From assembly GCF_006345805.1 (NCBI RefSeq), contig NC_043003.1, forward strand, positions 22,444,001 through 22,508,000: a DNA stretch of 64,000 nt, in the 5' to 3' direction. The translations under genes were made by a program, and so were the position numbers. The notes beneath the pieces are model-generated. The model searched no databases. It was given only the letters and a program-made list of their open reading frames with translations, and was not told where the DNA came from. The DNA is from Octopus sinensis (Eukaryota). Positions 60,764 through 64,000 of the stretch are shown one piece after another; the stretch's first letter is position 1; each line of letters opens with the position of its first letter.

Positions 60764-61543
60764 ATTACATGGAAAAATGCGAGCAAGAGAAATAATATTC
60801 TTAAGATTATATATCTGGAAAAGTACAGGACATGTTATTACGTCTGGTGAAGTACAGAACAAGAAAACTTTTACTTAAAACATTGCAGCTAACGATAAAA
60901 TTTGAATATTAAAAATTATTTTATTTTAATTTACAAAGTAACATTATAATTAAAAAAGGTACCATCATTTTCTTAAAATATTGACTCACTAGAATACTTA
61001 AAAAACGAAAGCCAGAATTACGAATATTGTATATGGTAGGCAAATTCATTATGTAAAAAGTAGGCATTGAGTCAAGACTAAAAATGAGAAGACTTGGCCA
61101 CAGCTTAGGCAATAACTCAAGCAAATTTTACTGTGAATTCGTTGTTATAGGTCAATTTCACTGTAACATATAACTAATTTTTGTATTATTCTATCTATTG
61201 CATTATGTATTTGTATTATTTTTTATAACCTGTTTTCAAATTTCTAATTATTAACAATTAAAAAAAATGAATTTTTTAAAGTGCAAAAAATGTTTCGAGT
61301 TATTTTAATAGAAGTAACAAGTAATAACAAATAGAAGAAATAACTTGCATTAAAATTTTTAGTTTTAATAAAAGCTAATATTTTCTAGATCTAAATATTT
61401 TATTTGAAATTTTATCCTTAACTGCAATATTTTAAGTTAAAATTTTTTTGTTCTGTACTTTACAGGATGTAATAACTTCTGTACTTTTCCAGGTTTATAA
61501 TCTTAAGAATATTATTTCTCTTGCTCACATTTTTCCATGTAAT
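60764..61543. mobile_element. AT-rich MITE-like element with ~150-bp imperfect inverted arms
   Basis: ATTACATGGAAAAATG.GAGCAAGAGAAATAATATTCTTAAGATTATA..CTGGAAAAGTACAG (60764 onward) mirrors 61393-61543. Confidence 0.75.
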
Positions 61544-61737
61544 ATAGTTATGCTTAAATCGATAGAAGCTCTGTGTGTGTGTGTGTGTATATACAGTTAT
61601 TTACTTTAAATAATAATAGATAAAAGAAAACCTCGCGCACACATGTGCATATATTGATTTCTTATACAGGAGCAAGGTCACACATATGACCGGGCGATAT
61701 TATTATTTTTACTGTATGCATCTATATGTATGTGTGT

Positions 61738-61990
61738 GGAGGCACATGGTCTAGTGGTTAAAGCAGCAGACTCGCAATCGAGGGATCGCGGGTTCGAATC
61801 TCAGACCGGGCGATGTGTGTGTTTATGAGTGAAAACACCTATGCTCCACGCGGCTCCGGCAGAAGGTAACGGCGAACTTCTGCTGACTCTTTCGCCACAA
61901 CTTTCTCTCACTCTTTCCTCCTGCATCTTGCAGCTCACCTGCGACGGCCCTTCTGAGCCAGGCATGGCTCGAGAAGAAACAAACCATAAT
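61738..61990 (+). mobile_element. tRNA-derived SINE (same subtype as 19131-19430)
   Basis: GGAGGCACATGGTCTAGTGGTTAAAGCAGCAGACTCGC...GGTTCGAATCTCAGACCGGGCG. Confidence 0.88.
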
Positions 61991-62002
61991 GCGTATGGCC
62001 AA

Positions 62003-62290
62003 GTGAAGGTGCGTGACTTAGTGGTTGGATATTCGGCTCACGATCGTAATGTCGTGAGTTCGATTTCCTGCGGCGCGTTGCGTCCTTGAGCATGACACTT
62101 TATTTCACGTTGCTCCAGTCCACTCAGCTAGCAAAAATGAATAGCGCCTGTAGTTCAAGGGGCCAGCCTTTTCAAATTATGTGTCACGCCCAATCTCCTT
62201 GAGAACTACGTTAATGGTACGTGTGTCTGTAGAGTGCTCGGTCACTTGCACGTTAATTTCACGAGCAGACTTTTCCGTTGATTGGATCAA
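62003..62290 (+). mobile_element. tRNA-derived SINE family D
   Basis: GTGAAGGTGCGTGACTTAGTGGTT...TTCACGTTGCTCCAGTCCACTCAGCTAGCAAAAATGA; tail differs from the 32581 copy. Confidence 0.8.
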
Positions 62291-62930
62291 TTGGAACCCT
62301 CATCGTCGTAACCGACGGAGTGCCAGTAGAGAATGTGGAAAAACACAGTGATGGTGATGGTAGTAGTAGTAGTAGTAAATGATGCGCATTCCCTAAAATA
62401 CGGAAAGTAGACATCTGTATTTCGTAATCAAAGTATTTTATCTTGAGTCCAGACAGTAGTCCTTCATTCCTTTTAGATAAGCAACCGTAGATAAAACAAG
62501 TGTGTGAGGACAATGAGTGAAATATGTGTTGTTATTATTGAGGTAGAGCCATGCACTAATATCATTAACCGTTTACGGCTGTAGCGTAGATAGCTGGTGA
62601 CAGAAATGTTTTATCATTAAAGTCTTCCATACATTAGTATGGTAGGCTTTAATGATAAGATTTAAATTCGAAGTAAATATTATTTTAGATTTAACCCCCT
62701 AAATATACAATGCTCCGAAGGTTTGACTTTTATTACCATTTACAAGAATTGAGTCTTTGGATTATAAGAATGTCATATCTATATATAGAAAAACGTGTTC
62801 AAACATCGAGTCCCGTTCTGCCTGTCTTTAGTCCTTCGAGCATTTGGTTTCCATAGCAGCAAGCGGTATAGATACCCGCCAACTAAAAACCTCTGTTCTA
62901 ATGTAATGTAATAGTTATTGTTGTTCGTTT

Positions 62931-63165
62931 AAGCGGCGAGCTGGCAGAAACGTTAGCACGCTGGGCGAAATGTTTAGCGGCATTTCGTCTGTCTTTACGT
63001 TCTGAGTTGAAATTCCGCTGTGGTCGACTTTGCCTCTCGTCCTTTCGGGGTCGATAAATAAAGTACCAGTTACGCACTGGGGTCGATGTAATCGACTTAA
63101 TCCTTTTGTCTGTCCTTGTTTGTCCTCTCTGTGTTTAGCCCCTTGCGGACAATAAAGAAATAAGT
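62931..63165 (+). mobile_element. SINE family A monomer, full length
   Basis: GCGGCGAGCTGGCAGAAACGTTAG...GGACAATAAAGAAATAAG. Confidence 0.9.
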
Positions 63166-63494
63166 TAATCGTTGTTCGTACATAATTCTTCCCCCAAATT
63201 TATTTAACTTCTGGAGAGTGTAAAAGAATTTTTTCTCTTTAACCAGATAACAACATTGTCAATGAGAATTATCAACTGCCTCAATGTACCGATTTCGAAG
63301 GATTTACCGATAAAATATTGCTGTAATGTCTTTACATATATTACGATTAGATTAGAACGTATTACTTATATATAAGGTTGGCTTGGCTGTGTGATAAATA
63401 ACTACGTGATTCTAGAATGGATTCCACGGCACGGAACTTGGGCAGGTAACTCTAACTATAGTCTTGGGCTGACCTGTATCTGTGAGTGGTGAAA

Positions 63495-64000
63495 TGTGTA
63501 TGTATGCTTGCGTGCGTGTATGTGCATATGTGTATATGTGTGTGTTTGTGTATGTGTATGTATGCTTGCGTGCGTGTATGTGCATATGTGTATATGTGTG
63601 TGTTTGTGTATGTGTATGTATGCTTGCGTGCGTGTATGTGCATATGTGTATATGTGTGTGTTTGTGTATGTGTATGTATGCTTGCGTGCGTGTATGTGCA
63701 TATGTGTATATGTGTGTTTGTGTATGTGTATGTATGCTTGCGTGCGTGTATGTGCATATGTGTATATGTGTGTGTTGTGTATGTGTATGTATGCTTGCGT
63801 GCGTGTATGTGCATATGTGTATATATGTGTGTTTGTGTATGTGTATGTATGCTTGCGTGCGTGTATGTGCATATGTGTATATGTGTGTGTTTGTGTATGT
63901 GTATGTATGCTTGCGTGCGTGTATGTGCATATGTGTATATGTGTGTGTTTGTGTATGTGTATGTATGCTTGCGTGCGTGTATGTGCATATGTGTATATGT
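63495..64000. repeat. 58-bp minisatellite, at least 9 nearly identical copies, runs off the window
   Basis: GCTTGCG landmark at 63506, 63564, 63622, 63680, 63736, 63793, 63851, 63909 and 63967. Confidence 0.95.

Overview
AT-rich, microsatellite-saturated animal DNA, most likely octopus/coleoid cephalopod (inferred from the SINE families and repeat landscape). No prokaryotic features, CRISPR, rRNA or true tRNA genes were found. Almost all ORFs in the supplied track are translations of simple repeats. Real coding signal is limited to a few items. (1) Exons of a minus-strand SEA/EGF mucin-like gene: 23348-23848 and 3294-3406, plus weak upstream candidates. (2) The first coding exon of a plus-strand secreted protein with a signal peptide and saposin A-type module, GILT- or prosaposin-like (56044-56163). 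(3) Transposon relics: R4/Dong non-LTR elements piled into (TAA)n arrays, an internally deleted Helitron, two non-autonomous Helitrons, an intron-containing Tc1 (DD34E) transposase, hAT/mariner fragments, fold-back MITEs, CR1-like and L1-like tails, and dozens of tRNA-derived SINEs. The most striking unannotated signal is a set of minimal type I hammerhead ribozyme motifs in short Penelope-LTR-like elements. One intact motif is duplicated in a perfect 156-bp inverted repeat (14413-14736). A loopless, obligate-dimer type occurs at 7099, 8722, 14263 and 47364. All calls are by eye; no searches or folding programs were run.
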